64,000 nucleotides of DNA from Vicugna vicugna (GCA_013265495.1 MU058423.1:7884721-7948720); one strand, 5' to 3'; positions 24,996 to 38,224 are shown, counted from the stretch's first letter. The notes: generated by a model not told the origin, from the letters alone. Translations and numbers: made by a program.

Positions 24996-26850
24996 CAATA
25001 TAGAACCTGGTCTAATAGTAACCTGGTTCTCCCTGAAGGACAAGACTTCCCCTCTCACAAGAGGGCTGCTTCCTCTCCCCAGGGTCCTCGACAGCTAAGT
25101 GTGGAGGTCAGTTCGGGTACTCTCCACTCTTCACTGCCACTTACTGTCCATTCATTCTACTGGTGCCATGACTCAACTTTGAATCTCGTCACCAGGTTTC
25201 ACCATTCATTACAACTCTTTGTAGACTCATCTACATACCCTCAGGCCTCACTCCTGGCTTTTAGAATTCTGCATCCTGAGTCGTCATCACTTTCTCCAAT
25301 ACTACTTCTGTAGATGATCTTCTAATACTGAAGCCTCTCAATTCCTTGACCTCCTCTTTGTCAGTGACTTTATCCTGAGCCACATGCTCACATGATCATA
25401 CCCCAGGCAAGAGTGTATATACACAAACTATTTTTCACATGGAAAATTCCTCTCTTCAGGAAGTTGTCATCTTCCTTACTTAAAACAGCACTACTTGTTT
25501 TCAACCAATAAGCAAAATGTAATCAATTCACCAGAAAAAGAACTGGGCAACTGAATTAACCCAACACTGTTGAGTGGGGATCATCACATTTCTGGACCAG
25601 ACTATAAGCCCAATTCCAATGCTGTTGTCTCAAGTTATTAGAATTTTTAACATACTGTATAATTCTTGAAATAACTAAGTCTTTTGCCAAAGATTAGATT
25701 TTTTATTGTTGAATTAAGAATTAGTTTATGATCCAATTTATTATAAAGAGGTTTGACCTATGGTCACATGTTATCACATGCCATGAGGAAAGATTTCTTT
25801 AGGTGATCAGTCAATTTTCTAATTAAAATAAATGTTTCAATCATCATGTTCCATACAGGAAAAGGAAAAATGACTTCAATAATTGCACTTTGCAGTTCTA
25901 TAGCAACTTTCATGTAAGAAGCTCAAAGCACTAATTTAATTAAACCTGCAAATACGCAGTGTTACTATTTCCATTTGACAAAGGCATAAATGATGTCACA
26001 GAAAATTAACTCACTTGCCTTTAGTTTCACAGTGAGTTAGTAGTGGAAGTCAGAATAAACCCTGAAATCTTGAGCAAATCATTCTCTATTGTCTGGATCA
26101 ACAATCTCTCAGTATCTCCACTTTTTCCCGAAGTCTCATCAGCTTGACTCCTGCCTTTCAATGGAGCATTGGCAATTTTAATTCTTCATGAGTGGGGGGA
26201 ATCTGAAGCATAGATTATTCAAAACTGCTTCTGATTTTTAATTCTGGTATTCCACTTTCCGGGAAAGCATTCATTTGGGGCAAATTCTGGTGGTATTTTC
26301 TTCCCTTTCTACTCAAATACACTATCAATGTATTTTCTCTCTCTCTTTTTTTAACGTAATTAGGTGGCCTAATCCCAGAAAGCAAGGTTGTTTGCTTTTA
26401 ATTAAGAAATGAAATGTACATCAAAGATTCATGGGAAATTTTCAGAAACTCCATCTAATCTCTTAATGAAATGGATCTGATGGCTGCTCTGTTTGCATTA
26501 GTCACAGTACATGCTGTACATGAATTCAAGAAGTGTACTGAGCAAAGTTAAAATACACGAGGAAGTAGTAATTATCCAGGGAATATTTAGATATTTTCAA
26601 GGACAAAAAGCCCATCATCATATTAAAATACTACAGAGAATCATGCCATCTTTGTCACAAGGCAGTTTCCTACAACTGCTATCTTAACATTTCAACAAAG
26701 TGGCCTATAAATCCTTTTCAAAAAGAATCCATTTAAATCCATTTAAAAAAAATAACTTCCAGTCTCATCTACTCACATAATGTACAGATGTTGAGACCAA
26801 TCAAGTCAAATGGACAGAATTAAGCTATGTTATTTCTTACTATTAAGTAA

Positions 26851-27212
26851 TATATTAATCAGCTCAGGCTGCCCTAATAGAATATCACAAATTAGATGGT
26901 CTAAGTAACAGTATTTTATTTTCTCACAGTTCTAGGGGCTAGAAGTCCAAGATCAAGGTGCCAGCAGGGTCAGTTTCTGGTGATGGCTTGCAGATTGCTG
27001 CCTTCTTACTGTGTCCTTACATAGCCTTTTCTCTGTGCACACAGAGAGAGCTCTCTGGTGCCTCTTTCTCTTCTAATAAAAGACACCAGTCTTATCAGAT
27101 TAGGGTCCCACCCTTATGATCTCATTTAACCTTTAAAGACTCCATCTCCAAATACAGTCACATTGGAGGTTAAGACAAACAATTTTGAGGGGATACAATT
27201 CAGTTCGGAACA
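26851..27212 (-). mobile_element. Solo MaLR LTR (MLT1A/MLT1B-like)
   Basis: Hallmark ctcacagttctaggggctagaagtccaagatcaaggtgccagcagg and ctccaaatacagtcacatt. Perfect 5-bp TSD AGTAA at 26846-26850 and 27213-27217. Confidence 0.9.
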
Positions 27213-29010
27213 AGTAATTTCTGTTTTAGTCAATGAAGCAAAAGAAAAGACCCACTGCTACGTTCAGGAAACCACACACACAGGGATGACTCTGATGGAA
27301 AGAATATAATTCAACATTCCAAAAATATACATATATTTAAAATTTTTAAAGTCTTTATTTCCTTAAAAGGAGGCTAATTCCATGGCTCACTGCTAAACTT
27401 TAATTCAAATTTCACTTTTCAAACAATTTTCTCTCCCACCCAGATCCACTTACCAACACAACTGCCACTCCAGGCCTAGGAAACTCCTCTTTATGTTCAA
27501 AACACAACACTCTTTTAACTTTCAAAAGGAAGCAACATCATATGGCAGAAATTCCATTCATGTTATAAATCAAAAGATCTTAAATCTAGTTTCAGCTCTG
27601 GATTTCGACACTATATAATCTCAAGAACTAAATTAAACATCTTTTCCCTCCAGCTTCAAGTTTTTATTGAAGTTGAATTTTTATTGAAGTAAAATATATT
27701 TATTATTATTGTTGTTATTATTATCCAGATTCAATAATACCTATGATTAAAGGAATGTGAGCATTTTAATGTATGTATTTAGGGAATAATGCTAAATTAC
27801 AATGGTCATGTATTTCAAATACAGTGAACCATTTAGCAGGATGGAAGGATAGAGAGAAAGACTGGTAATCAAACTATAAGTATCCTTATTTAGGCTTCAA
27901 TAATATGCAGAATCCCTTAGAAATTTCTGGCAGTTTCTTGTTTCTGTTGTCTAACCCCACCAAAACTATGGTTTTGAATAGCCTGAATAATTTTAAAGCC
28001 TCATTTGGTAACTTATGAGATATTTCCTTCTAGAAATGACTTCCCATTTATACTCTATTTTTAATTCCCTTTTATCTATTCTCATGCTGTTTTATACATA
28101 CTCCTATTGCAGATTTCACATGGTATCATAGATAATTAGTTATCTGTAAACGTCCTTCTCATATATTGTAAACCTCCTAAAAACTAGGATCAATTTTTCA
28201 TTTCAATGTGTTTCCTCAGCAAAACTGGCATAGGGCCTAGAACACAGTATGACTCAAAATGTCTGTTTAAACATGTAGAATATTCCTCCAAAACTGCAAA
28301 TAATAAGATTTCCCCAGATGTATGAAGTGTTTATTCTTGATTATGTTACTACATAGAGAACTGAGAATTGGATTATAAAATATTCAAATTTCCAACACTT
28401 TTTAAATAATAAAAGAGTTTTGTCCTTTAGAAATCCACTGAATGCAGGGTAGCCACTCTCCTGAGTCTCCATGGGTCATTTGTAAAGTGTTTGGGCTTAT
28501 AAATTAGTATATGAGTATAAAACATAACACTATGTGGATGGGTAATACTTATTGGACATCTAGAATTGCAAAATGGATTATCAATGATCTGTGGAAGTGT
28601 TGTTTTCAGAATCTGCCTATTGTAAGACTATTTTCCATTCTCCTGTCAAAAGCTATCAGGAAGCACAGCCAGAAATGTGCCATCTTAAAAGGCATGAGAG
28701 CCAATATTTTGCCCCTCCTCCATGAAAAAAATAAATAAAATTTATGTCCATTTTGGATAATACAGAACATCCATGAGGACATCAAAATTTACCACTGACA
28801 GTCCTGGTGTACTAGAATAATCTGAAAATGTGCCCAATAAAGTAAGCCAAATCAACGGAACAGTCTTAGATTGTAGCTGAAAGGAATATTTTTAAGAAAT
28901 ATATACATGTAAGACTTTTCACACATGAACATTACAGTGGTAGACAGTCTTCAGTCACATTCTATGTCTGAGGAAAATAAAGCTCATGTAGGTCCCAGTG
29001 ATGAGCTAAG

Positions 29011-29170
29011 CCTTCGGTTCACAAAGTATGGCAGCCTGTCAATCAGCATCACATGGGAACTTGTCATAAAGGCAAATTCTAGACTACCGAAACTCTGGGC
29101 TGAGGCCTAGTAATCTGTTTTTACAAATCCCCCATATGATGCAATTTAGGCTTAAACCTGAGAACCAATG
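29011..29170. mobile_element. MER5A-like hAT-Charlie MITE
   Basis: atcagcatcacatgggaacttgtcataaaggcaaattct...aaactctgggctgaggcctagtaatctgtttttacaa...tgagaaccaatg. Confidence 0.75.
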
Positions 29171-30284
29171 GTCTAAAGCTCATAGAATTAGTTGATGGTC
29201 AAGCCTTGGTTTCAGTGCTTTAGTCCCATCCTTGCTTCAAGCACCTTGATTTTGGCCTTGATGCAATAAATGAAGGTTTATTAATGATGTTAATAATAAC
29301 TTAGGAAATAATGATAAACCTCCTGTCAAACTCTCTTCTGTCATCATCTACTTTCCTACCTAAAATCTATCTTGAGTGCCTTTTTGTTTGCTGTGATGCA
29401 TATAAACAGATGTGACTTAAAATCATGAGTTCTCATCTCTTTTTTTCACCAAATTCTTCTTATCAATCACTTGCATGTGTTTATTTTCATATTGTCCTCT
29501 AATAATCTCCACCTTCCTCATTTGGTTTGTTTTTCCATTTTATCTTTTTCTATGGCTTCTTTATATTAATTGTGATTATTGCTTGCACCTGCTCTAGCCC
29601 AACTTAGCTTAGTGAATGAATTTTAATGCCAAGTTGTTTAGATAGAATTTGAAACTGCAAAGGAGATTTATAGTTCAGGGAGTATCATCTGGAGAAGGCC
29701 CTCATTTATTTTCACAGTTTTGTAAAATTTAGATCTCCTGTGTCTGTAAAACTGACTGGAAGCAGCAGCAATTGTATTTCACAAGCTAGTCTGTAGGAAT
29801 GATTTAGACCAGACTCTAAGGTAGGCACTCTTTTCTTTACTTTTCCCTCACCCAGGAAACACCTGAATATCCTACTCCCTAACAAAGAAAAAATAAATTA
29901 GACTACCACAAATATACACAAAATCAGAATGTCCTTCTATATTAGGAAGCTGTGTCCATCACCAGGAAAATTTAAGCAAGCTACTCCTCCCACCTCTCTA
30001 AATAAGAGAGACACTTTTGTTATCCTACTTAGACAGATAGCATGTTCCCTTTGGGAGTATCCCCAGAAACTATTACTGTGGCCCTTTTTTTTTTTAATTC
30101 TTTCCAAAGATGACCCTGAGAACAGAAACAGAACTGAAGAGCTACTGTGTGATCATGACTCCAGCAAGCCCAGCTGAATCAGCCAGGCTACCCTTGCTCA
30201 CTACTGAGCCATGCCAACTCCACCCACTTCCGTTACATTTCCTTTATGCCACATACAGTCATGTAAGAGGGCATAGGATTCAGT

Positions 30285-30437
30285 CAAAAGCCAAGTTCAA
30301 GTGTTGGTTCTACCAGTCACTAGCCAGAGGACACTGTATAAGACATGTAAACACTGAAATTTAGTTCTCTCAGCTGTAAATGAGAAGCCTGATGTGGCCA
30401 TTCCTCCCACAAGGAAGTCTGAGGATAAAATGAGGAC
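30285..30437 (+). mobile_element. MIR SINE, interrupted by the MER20 and resuming at ~30650-30675
   Basis: gttcaagtgttggttctacca...ttagttctctcagctgtaaatgaga...tgaggataaaatgag matches the MIR core/3' part. Confidence 0.6.
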
Positions 30438-30649
30438 CAGTGGTTCTCAAATGAAGGTACATTTGATCTCCAGAGCATGTTTTACAGTGTCTGGAAATGT
30501 TGTTGGTTATGACAACTGCGGCAGAGGACAGCACTGTGGATCTAGTAGGTAGAAACCAGGGATGCTGCTGAACATCCCACATGCACTGTCCTCTGCAACA
30601 AAGAATTATCTGGCAAAACAGTCAACAGTGACAAGCTTGAGAAATTCTG
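30438..30649 (+). mobile_element. MER20 hAT-Charlie DNA transposon, near full length
   Basis: Termini CAGTGGTTCTCAA...TTGAGAAATTCTG; internal tagtaggtagaaaccagggatgctgctgaacatcc and caaagaattatctgg. Confidence 0.88.
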
Positions 30650-31156
30650 GATGAGATGCTTTGTAAGTTAAAAGGACAGTTATTCAACAAATATTTACTG
30701 TGTATCAGGCCCTGTCTTAGAAACCAGGCAGTGTTCTGGTGTTAAACCTAGATGCACAGAGATGAGACACCACGTTCAACATGCTTCCATCAGCCCAAAA
30801 GGACTCAGTTTATTTCTCTGGCCTTCTAATGCCTTGCTCAGTGTACACTGAGTGCTATACATGTTCTGCTTGCTCATTTAACTGACTCAGTCAAAACAAA
30901 TTGCAAAGATCCCTTGAAAATTGCCAATGTGTATTCTGTGTCCCAAGCATCCCCGTGTCAGACATCACCAGAGATATTTAAGAGCCAACAATCTGGTTTA
31001 CTATCTTTAATAGCACTTATCACAATGATATGGACAAAGCCTATGTAGTCAATAAATATTCCAGAACCAATTGTGTGATATCATTAACTTTTCTGGATCA
31101 GCAAAAAAAGGACTGAGTGAAGCATCAAAGTTTAATCATAATCAATAATGATAATA

Positions 31157-31182
31157 ATGATGATGATGATGATGATGATGAT
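31157..31182 (+). repeat. (ATG)8 microsatellite at the tail of a MIR
   Basis: atgatgatgatgatgatgatgatgat. Confidence 0.9.
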
Positions 31183-31184
31183 AA

Positions 31185-31410
31185 TAATTTACACTGATGG
31201 AGTTCTTACAATATGCCAGTCACTAACACTTATGTTTATCTGATGCTCGCAACCAACCTGTGTCTTCATTTTACATGTAAGGCAACTGAGACACCAAGAG
31301 ATTAGGTAAGTTTCCTCAAGACATACAGCGAATTAGTATTAGAACTGTGATTTGGACCTCAAGATAGTATCACTCCAGAGTCCATGAGCTTTATCTATCA
31401 CGCTATTTAT
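31185..31410 (-). mobile_element. MIR SINE
   Basis: cattttacatgtaaggcaactgagacaccaagagattaggtaagtttcctcaagacatacagc is the MIR core in reverse. Confidence 0.75.
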
Positions 31411-32649
31411 CACTGGAGCCTAGAAGCAGCTAAATATATGTCATATAGCAAAGCACAGTGATGGAAGACATTCAGCACAGGAAGAATCAGTGAATCAATT
31501 CAATTTACGAAGATATTCAAATGAAATAGTGCCCACCTGACTGACAGTTGCCAGCACACACGAAAAAAGGTGCTGACATATTTGGGCCAAGTCATTACTG
31601 ATGCTGTAGCCCTTACAGAGAACTGAGGCCCTTTGATTTGATCAAACTATTTAAATGGCCAAGAACATGACCTTGTTGTTACCAAACATGTGTTCACTGC
31701 AGATGACATTTCAGTAGGTTTCTGAAGGAGAAATGGCTACTTTCACTTTGCTCCTATATGTTGAGCAAAACAGCCCGTTACCTCTGGTCCCTGCAAAAGG
31801 AAAGTTCAAAGGCAAACAGAGGAGAAAAATTCCATCAGGTAGACAATGTAAAACGACGCACCACGCAGGACTATGGAAGGATGGGCTTCGAAGCCTCAAG
31901 AGCAATCTCAGCAACTGCCTCATCTGCCTTCCTGTTTCCCTCTTTTTCTGCCAAATAAGACTGGACGTGATGCAAGTCCTTCAGTACAAAGCAGGTTCTC
32001 TTTCACACAAACACACCCAAGTTTCTCTCCTTTGGCCCAAAATGCACAGAAGCTCTGTTTATTACCAGAACTTTGACAGTAACAAAGCCAAAGAGAATGG
32101 ACTTCACTAAATCAGATGTTTTGCCTGTTGAAATTATTTAAAGCGAGTTGTTTTATTCTGGCCATAAAATTCTTTAAACAGGTCTGTCTTTTTAAAAAAA
32201 AAATCTGAGAATTTAGAAAATAGGTTGATTTATTCATGCACAAAAGTCTCATTTTCAGTGTTTGTAATACAGCTTGTTGACCAATCCTTCAAAACATAGC
32301 TATGAACAAAAACCTTTCTACACATCGCATAATTAGCTCATAAAAAAGATGCTCACTGTTTCATACAATGCGAGAATTCTTTAAAAATATCACTTTATTT
32401 CATTCAACTCTAACATATTCAATAGATGTTCATTTTATAGCACAGAAATAAAATTATACCCAAAATGTTAGCAAAAATAGGTAACCATATATTGTAGTGA
32501 CTGTTACAAATGTTTTAATCTCTGAAAGCAGAGGTACAGCTTAACTTACTAAAGTCACTGAAGATTAAATTAAAATTTACCTAGCCCTCAAATCAAAATA
32601 ACTAAGAAATAAATTACGCTTTACAGTGACTTGAAACATTTTAACATCT

Positions 32650-32785
32650 TTATTATGCTATGATTCCTGTACAGTAAACTACACATATTTCAGATGTACA
32701 ATTTAATAAATTTTGATAGACATATACACCAATGAAATCACCAACAAAATCAAGATAGCTAACATTTCCATCGCTCCCTAAGAAG
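32650..32785 (-). mobile_element. Old L1 (L1MB/MC-like) 3' end fragment
   Basis: acagtaaactacacatatttcagatgtacaatttaataaattttga...aaatcaagatagctaacatttccatc. Confidence 0.65.
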
Positions 32786-33167
32786 TGTAAATTTCAAATT
32801 CCCAATTTTTATGTAAACTAGCCTACATTTCTCCTCATAAATAGTATATGGGTAGCTATGCAGGAATCATTTGCTCCAGTTAAAAACTGAGAGGGCACAG
32901 ATGCAGAGAACTCAAGTAACTCCCTGATAATCACCAATACTCACTGGTGGAAGTAAGACTTTAAATCCTTGTCCGCGGAGTTTCAATTCCAATACTATTC
33001 TATTGGATGTGCTGTTCCTTGGTGCCTTGTGATAACGGTTTCCACACACTTGCCAAGAAATGAGAACATTAAGGGCAATCATTTTATTCAAGTAAATTAT
33101 CTATATTTTAAAGGATTGTCTTTTATTCTTCCTATCTTTTTGTAGAAATGTTCTTTTTTAATTAAAT

Positions 33168-33638
33168 TATGCTTCCAGCTTTGTTCTTTTGCCTCAGGAT
33201 TGCTCTGGCAATTCTGGGTCTTTTGTCGTTCCATATAAATTTAAGGATTCTTTGTTCTAGTTCTGTGAAAAATGCCATGGGTAATTTGATAGGGATCACA
33301 TTAAATCTATAGATTGCTGTCAGCAGTATGGCTATTTTAAAATATTAATTCTTCCAGTCCAAGAGCATGGAATATTTCCTTGAATCATCTTCAGTTTCCT
33401 CTATCTATGTCTTACAGTTCTCAGCATATAAGTCTGTCACCTCCTCAGTCAGGTTTATTTCTAAATATTTTATTTTTTTTGATGTGATTTAGAAAGGATT
33501 TTTTTTAACTTTCCCTGTCTGATATTTAGTTGTTAGCATACAGAAATGCAACAGACTTTTGTATGTTAATCTTGTATCCTGTTACCTTGCTGAATTCATT
33601 TAACAGTTCTAGTAGTTTTGGTGTGGAGTCTTTAGGGG
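33168..33638 (-). mobile_element. L1 ORF2 internal fragment
   Basis: gcttccagctttgttctttt...ttctagttctgtgaaaaatg...gtggagtctttaggg; homologous to ~5760-6250 of this window. Confidence 0.9.
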
Positions 33639-33642
33639 AAAA

Positions 33643-33980
33643 TGTAAAAAAATTAATAAACAGAAACCTCAGTTAAACAGAGTTAAGACCAGAGCAGGGA
33701 ACTCCCACACCCTGCAACAATAGCAAAGCCTAACAGGGAGAGAAAGACTCCTCTTCTTTCCTGGCAGGAACTCAGCCAGCGCAAAGCCATGGACTCTGTT
33801 CACCATGGCTCTTCCAACTCCCCTTACCCCTCTATAAAAGCGTTCTCCTTCCCTTGCTGAGTACGGACTTGCATGTGGCTCACCATAGTTGCAGACCCGA
33901 AAATGCAATTCTCAGCTGATACCAAATAAACCCATCTTTGCTGGAGAAATATCTGGAAGTCTGTTTGTTTCAGGTCAACA
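33643..33980 (+). mobile_element. ERV LTR (probably ERV1 class, possibly 5'-truncated)
   Basis: TATAAAA at 33833-33839 and AATAAA at 33925-33930; ends ...gctggagaaatatctggaagtctgtttgtttcaggtcaaCA, a terminus I recall from cetartiodactyl LTRs. Confidence 0.75.
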
Positions 33981-35349
33981 CTAGTTAACTATGTGAGAGT
34001 TCAATGTAGGCCTTAGCAACATCCATTCTTTTCAGTTGAGTTTAAGGGTCCAGAAATAGCTGAGAGCTATTTCCTTAGCTAGACAGTGAGTTCTTAAAAA
34101 GTAGGTCCTGTTTTTTTGTATTTGCAGCACCTAAGCAGTGTCTGGCCCAAAAGAGATAATAATAAAGAGCTTTTTAAAGATAGCAAGTAAACCAAATGTC
34201 TAGGGCATATGGTATATGCAAGAGAAAAATAAAAGTACTAAAAATGTATGTGGGGGGAATACTGATCTACATGTTAAGAACTTTAGATTTATTCCTTATG
34301 TAGTGGAGTGGTTTGAGATGTTCTGTACAGAACACAATAAGTATAAATTATTTCATACATATGAAAGCACTTAGAACTATGTCCACCACACAGTAAGCTC
34401 TATTATTATTTATTATCTTTATAGTATTTATCAGAGCCATGCTTATTTTTCTTTTTCTATGAAATTTTACTTTCATGTACTGATTTATTTATTTTCATAC
34501 CCATATGTCTAAAACATTGAGTTTGCTTTTAGTATTTTCAAGACATTTTCTTTCCGAAAACAGATTGCAAGAAACCTTCTCCTACTTTTAGTCCCCTACT
34601 CTAAAATATGTCTAGTTCCAAAGTCAACTGCCTGCTTTAAACTCCAGAACTCACTTCAAGTTAAAAATAGCTCAACTCTAGTCTATCACTAAACATGAAA
34701 AGTTTCAGCTTGAAAGGCACTCCAACATCTGCCTTTGCACCAGAGACCACAAAGCCTGAGTGAGCAGTTGTGGCTACGTGCTTGAAAGAAAGGGATGAGT
34801 CTGAGCATGTCTGCTGTGTGATCTTTGCAAAAATGAAGAGGCTGCCACAGAGGAGACCCAGATCAGGGAACTGGATAAATGAGCAGACAGTTCTAGGCAG
34901 ACCACAAAAAATTAATCAGACTTTGGAACAATTTTATTCTAGTTTGTATTCTTTGTGGATAACCTTCTAAGTAGCAGCTAACTGAGGCTCCTGAAGGCTT
35001 GCCAAGTCATCTCCTTTGAATGTGTGTATATTTGTATATTGACATAAAGAAAAATGCACTGCCACACTACCAAAGGGTGTCTCTCAGGTAGGTCATTTCC
35101 CACTGTGACTGGCTGGGCAACCAAAGCATGGACGATGCATGAACAGTGACCTGGGAGACCAGAATTCTTCTCCTTTATCTATAACTAAGTACCTATGCTG
35201 CTCTAGGCAATTCACTCCTTCTTTGCAAGCCTCATTTCTCTCATTTAAAAATGAATGAGGGAACACCAGAAAATCTCTAAAATTTCTTATGTTTCTAAAA
35301 TTCTGAGTTCTTAACCACATCTTTTCAGTAGGTAGCATGATGATTTAAC

Positions 35350-35563
35350 TTAAGAATTGACAAATTATAGCTTGGAGGCTAAATGCCTCCACCTGTTTTT
35401 ATAAAGTTTTATTAAAACAGCCACAACCATTCCTTTATAACCTGTCTACTGCCATCCCCCAGTGACAGAGTCCAGTGGTTCCAACAGAGGCCAACTGCGG
35501 GAAAGCTGAAAGTATTTACTATTTGGACCTTTAACTTTACAAGAAAAAGTTTGCTGTTCCCTG
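35350..35563. mobile_element. MER58A-like hAT-Charlie MITE
   Basis: cacctgtttttataaagttttattaaaacagcca...aaagtatttactatttggacctttaa...aaaaagtttgctgttccctg. Confidence 0.75.
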
Positions 35564-35717
35564 ATCTAAGTGACAGTAGACAGAAATTTTTTCTCCTCTA
35601 CTTCTTATGCTAATATTGTCTCCAAATATGTGTAAATTAAGAGCCCACCAATAAAAGTTATGGCTGAGGAAGCGTTCACAATTATCAGCTCTACGCTTGA
35701 ACAGTAAGTATCAGAGT

Positions 35718-36244
35718 TGTTGGGGCCAGGGCAGGCTGCCTCAAAATATGCCTCAATGGCATCTTGATTATTCTGTGTTAAAGTTACCTGAGAAATGGTC
35801 AACGCAAGAGGGACACTTTGACTCTCCTCTTTCCCCCCCCTGAGGGCAGGAAATAGATCTCCCATGTCAAAGGCACATTCCCTGCATCTGGAGACAGAAG
35901 GATACTTGTATTACCACAGATTCGTAACTCAGGGCTGAGAAGCCTACAGAAACAAGCCCTGTTACTTCTCTACTAATTCATTACCGAAACCCAAATTTTG
36001 CTTTAACTTCTTACTAATTAATCACTCAAACCTAGGTTTCTTTGTCCTGTTAAGTCCTCTCGAATTTACTGTTTGTCTAAAAGTTTAAAAGCTGCCTGCT
36101 GTGGCCACTTCTTTGGTTCTATTTCTATGAGAACTCTGTGTGCAGGAATTAAATTTTCCTCCTATTCATCTGTCTTGTGTCAACTTCCTTATTAATCAGC
36201 CACGAGAACTCAGAGTAAAGGGGGAAATTTCCCCCTTCCCAAAA
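35718..36244 (+). mobile_element. Solo ERV1 LTR (MER34-like)
   Basis: Starts TGTTGGGGCCAG...CAAAATATGCCTCAATGGCAT..GATTATT. 4-bp TSD GAGT (35714-35717) / GAGC (36245-36248). Confidence 0.8.
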
Positions 36245-38087
36245 GAGCAAACAAATGACAAGTTTGTGGCAAATCATTGATATTCAAACCAACAGAAAGT
36301 ACCATGTGAAATGCTACTGTCACATCCAAACCAGTTCTCAGGACTTGTGTGGGCACAGTGAACTGAAACACCAAACTGTCACTATATTCAAATAATTTTA
36401 TTGCACAACTCACCTGAAATAGGTCACTATTTGCTTTATGGGTCATTCAGATGCGCTTTACAAAATGAGGAATGATACAGTATCAAAATTTCCCCATTCT
36501 CATTTGAATGATTTAATTAATAGCTGAAGGTGGTAGCTGTATGAGCTCCATGGTGAATCCTATTTTAATTACATTAAAAGGGGCAATGCTAAATCACGCA
36601 ATGAGTAGGAAATGACTTAAAAGAATGTTAGCTAGGCAATAGATATAAAACAATTAGAGGATGATTCACATCTGACTTGACACTTGACTTTAAGTGCTTC
36701 TCTTCCTTGTAGGAAATAAAAGCAGTTATTCAAATTATTTGCAGTTAAAATGGTGCATAGCTGAAATGTGAAATATATGTCTTTGGTTCTTTATGGAATG
36801 ATACGCAAACTGAGCCTCAAAGCATCTCAAGTGGTAAAACCTTCCTATTTCACGTTACCCTTATGAAAGTTGTTCTTTTTTGTCTTCCCTTTAATCCCCA
36901 TGCTTTTTGTTTATCAAGTGACAATCTCCATTCTTTTTCACTCATTAAAATTTATTGCCTTGTTTTCCAAACCATCTTGAACCGAGTGCCACTTTGGAAC
37001 TTCTCAGACCTGTATTTGATTTCCAGCACTGTGACTTTGAGGAAGTTATTTAACCTCACCCAGCAAGTCAAGTATTCTATAAATTCAAATTCTTTCAAAT
37101 TTTAAAAATAACAGTTGCTATTTCATAAGGTTGTTGAGGGAATTTTTTTTCGTGAAAGTACATCCCTGGTATACAGCACATCCTTACAGACATCACTGGT
37201 CAGCTCATTTTCCACAGAGGCATAATGACACTCTCTTTCTCCCCTCCTGCATGCACTGGTTTTCCACAACTGTAACATCCTACTAATCATTTGCTTCTTA
37301 GAGTTCAGTCGCTTGTATCTAATTTCCCAAGTGCTTAGCTGGTACCTGCCAATCAAATTCTACTTTTGCTAAAATTAGTTCCTATTAGGTAAAATTTGTA
37401 AGACATCATGTGTCCCTTTCAGAACGTGGAAATAAGACTTTCTCAAAGATGCTGTACTGGAGGTATTACTGAAGAGATCCCAAAGATTTAAAATGCTGTG
37501 AGACCAGCAGTCCATGAAAGCCTTTTGGATCTCTATTACTTCATCATTCTTGATAGTAACCTAAGGAGTGGTTAATTCTTTTCTACTTTTCTGAATCTGT
37601 CAAGTATAAATCCACAGAATATATTAACCAAAGTCAATAGGCAGAGAAGAATAAAACATTTTAAAGGCCTTACATCTAGACAGGAAGGCCACTCTGATGA
37701 TATGTACTTAATCATGTGCGTTATTTTAAAGGTCAGCATTACAGTTCAATTAGTAATTTTATTTATTAGATGCATTTTCCTTAGGAGAATTATTCATCAC
37801 AGCTTTTAAACCATGTTCAAATCCCAATTACATACATCTCTTGGAAGGAATTCCCATCAGATCTCTTGGTCTGACTTCAGGCTTCTCATTGAAATTGACA
37901 CTTAATACCATTAAATCCTCTTTTCTCTCAATCATCTCTAACTCTCTGCATAGACATATTGAATAGATAAAATCTTTGCTTAAACAGATAGATAAGACCA
38001 GAGGGATTGTACTTAAAAAATACAAGGTAAGTAATCCATGCCTTTTGGTTTTTTCTGCTCCAAAAAAAAAAAAAAAAAAAAACTTTT

Positions 38088-38224
38088 GGGAGGAGGGAAT
38101 AGCTCAGTGATAGAGTGCCTGCCTAGCATATATGAGGTCCTGGGTTCAATCCCCAGTACCTCCATTAAAAATAAACAAGTAAATAAACTTAATAACCTGC
38201 CTCCTCACCCCCCCCCAAAAAAAC
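38088..38224 (+). mobile_element. tRNA-Ala-derived SINE of camelid vic-1 type (long form), inserted next to a poly(A) run
   Basis: GGGAGGAGGGAATAGCTCAGTGATAGAG (A box) ... GGTTCAATCCC (B box) ... A-rich linker, then a C-run and A tail. Confidence 0.88.

Noticed and set aside
26727..26748. Short tandem duplications (here, ~22375-22405 and ~27661-27690)
   Set aside because: Ordinary slippage duplications with two copies only; no repeat-spacer array.
30837..30852. Perfect 16-bp palindrome CTCAGTGTACACTGAG
   Set aside because: About one 8-bp-arm palindrome is expected by chance in 64 kb.
31733..32110. 125-aa ORF with several overlapping ORFs
   Set aside because: No recognisable domain or exon structure; the length is attainable by chance.
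38088..38165. Functional tRNA-Ala gene
   Set aside because: It has a mutated anticodon region and stems, a SINE-specific tail and poly(A); it is a SINE. The same applies to 57415-57490.
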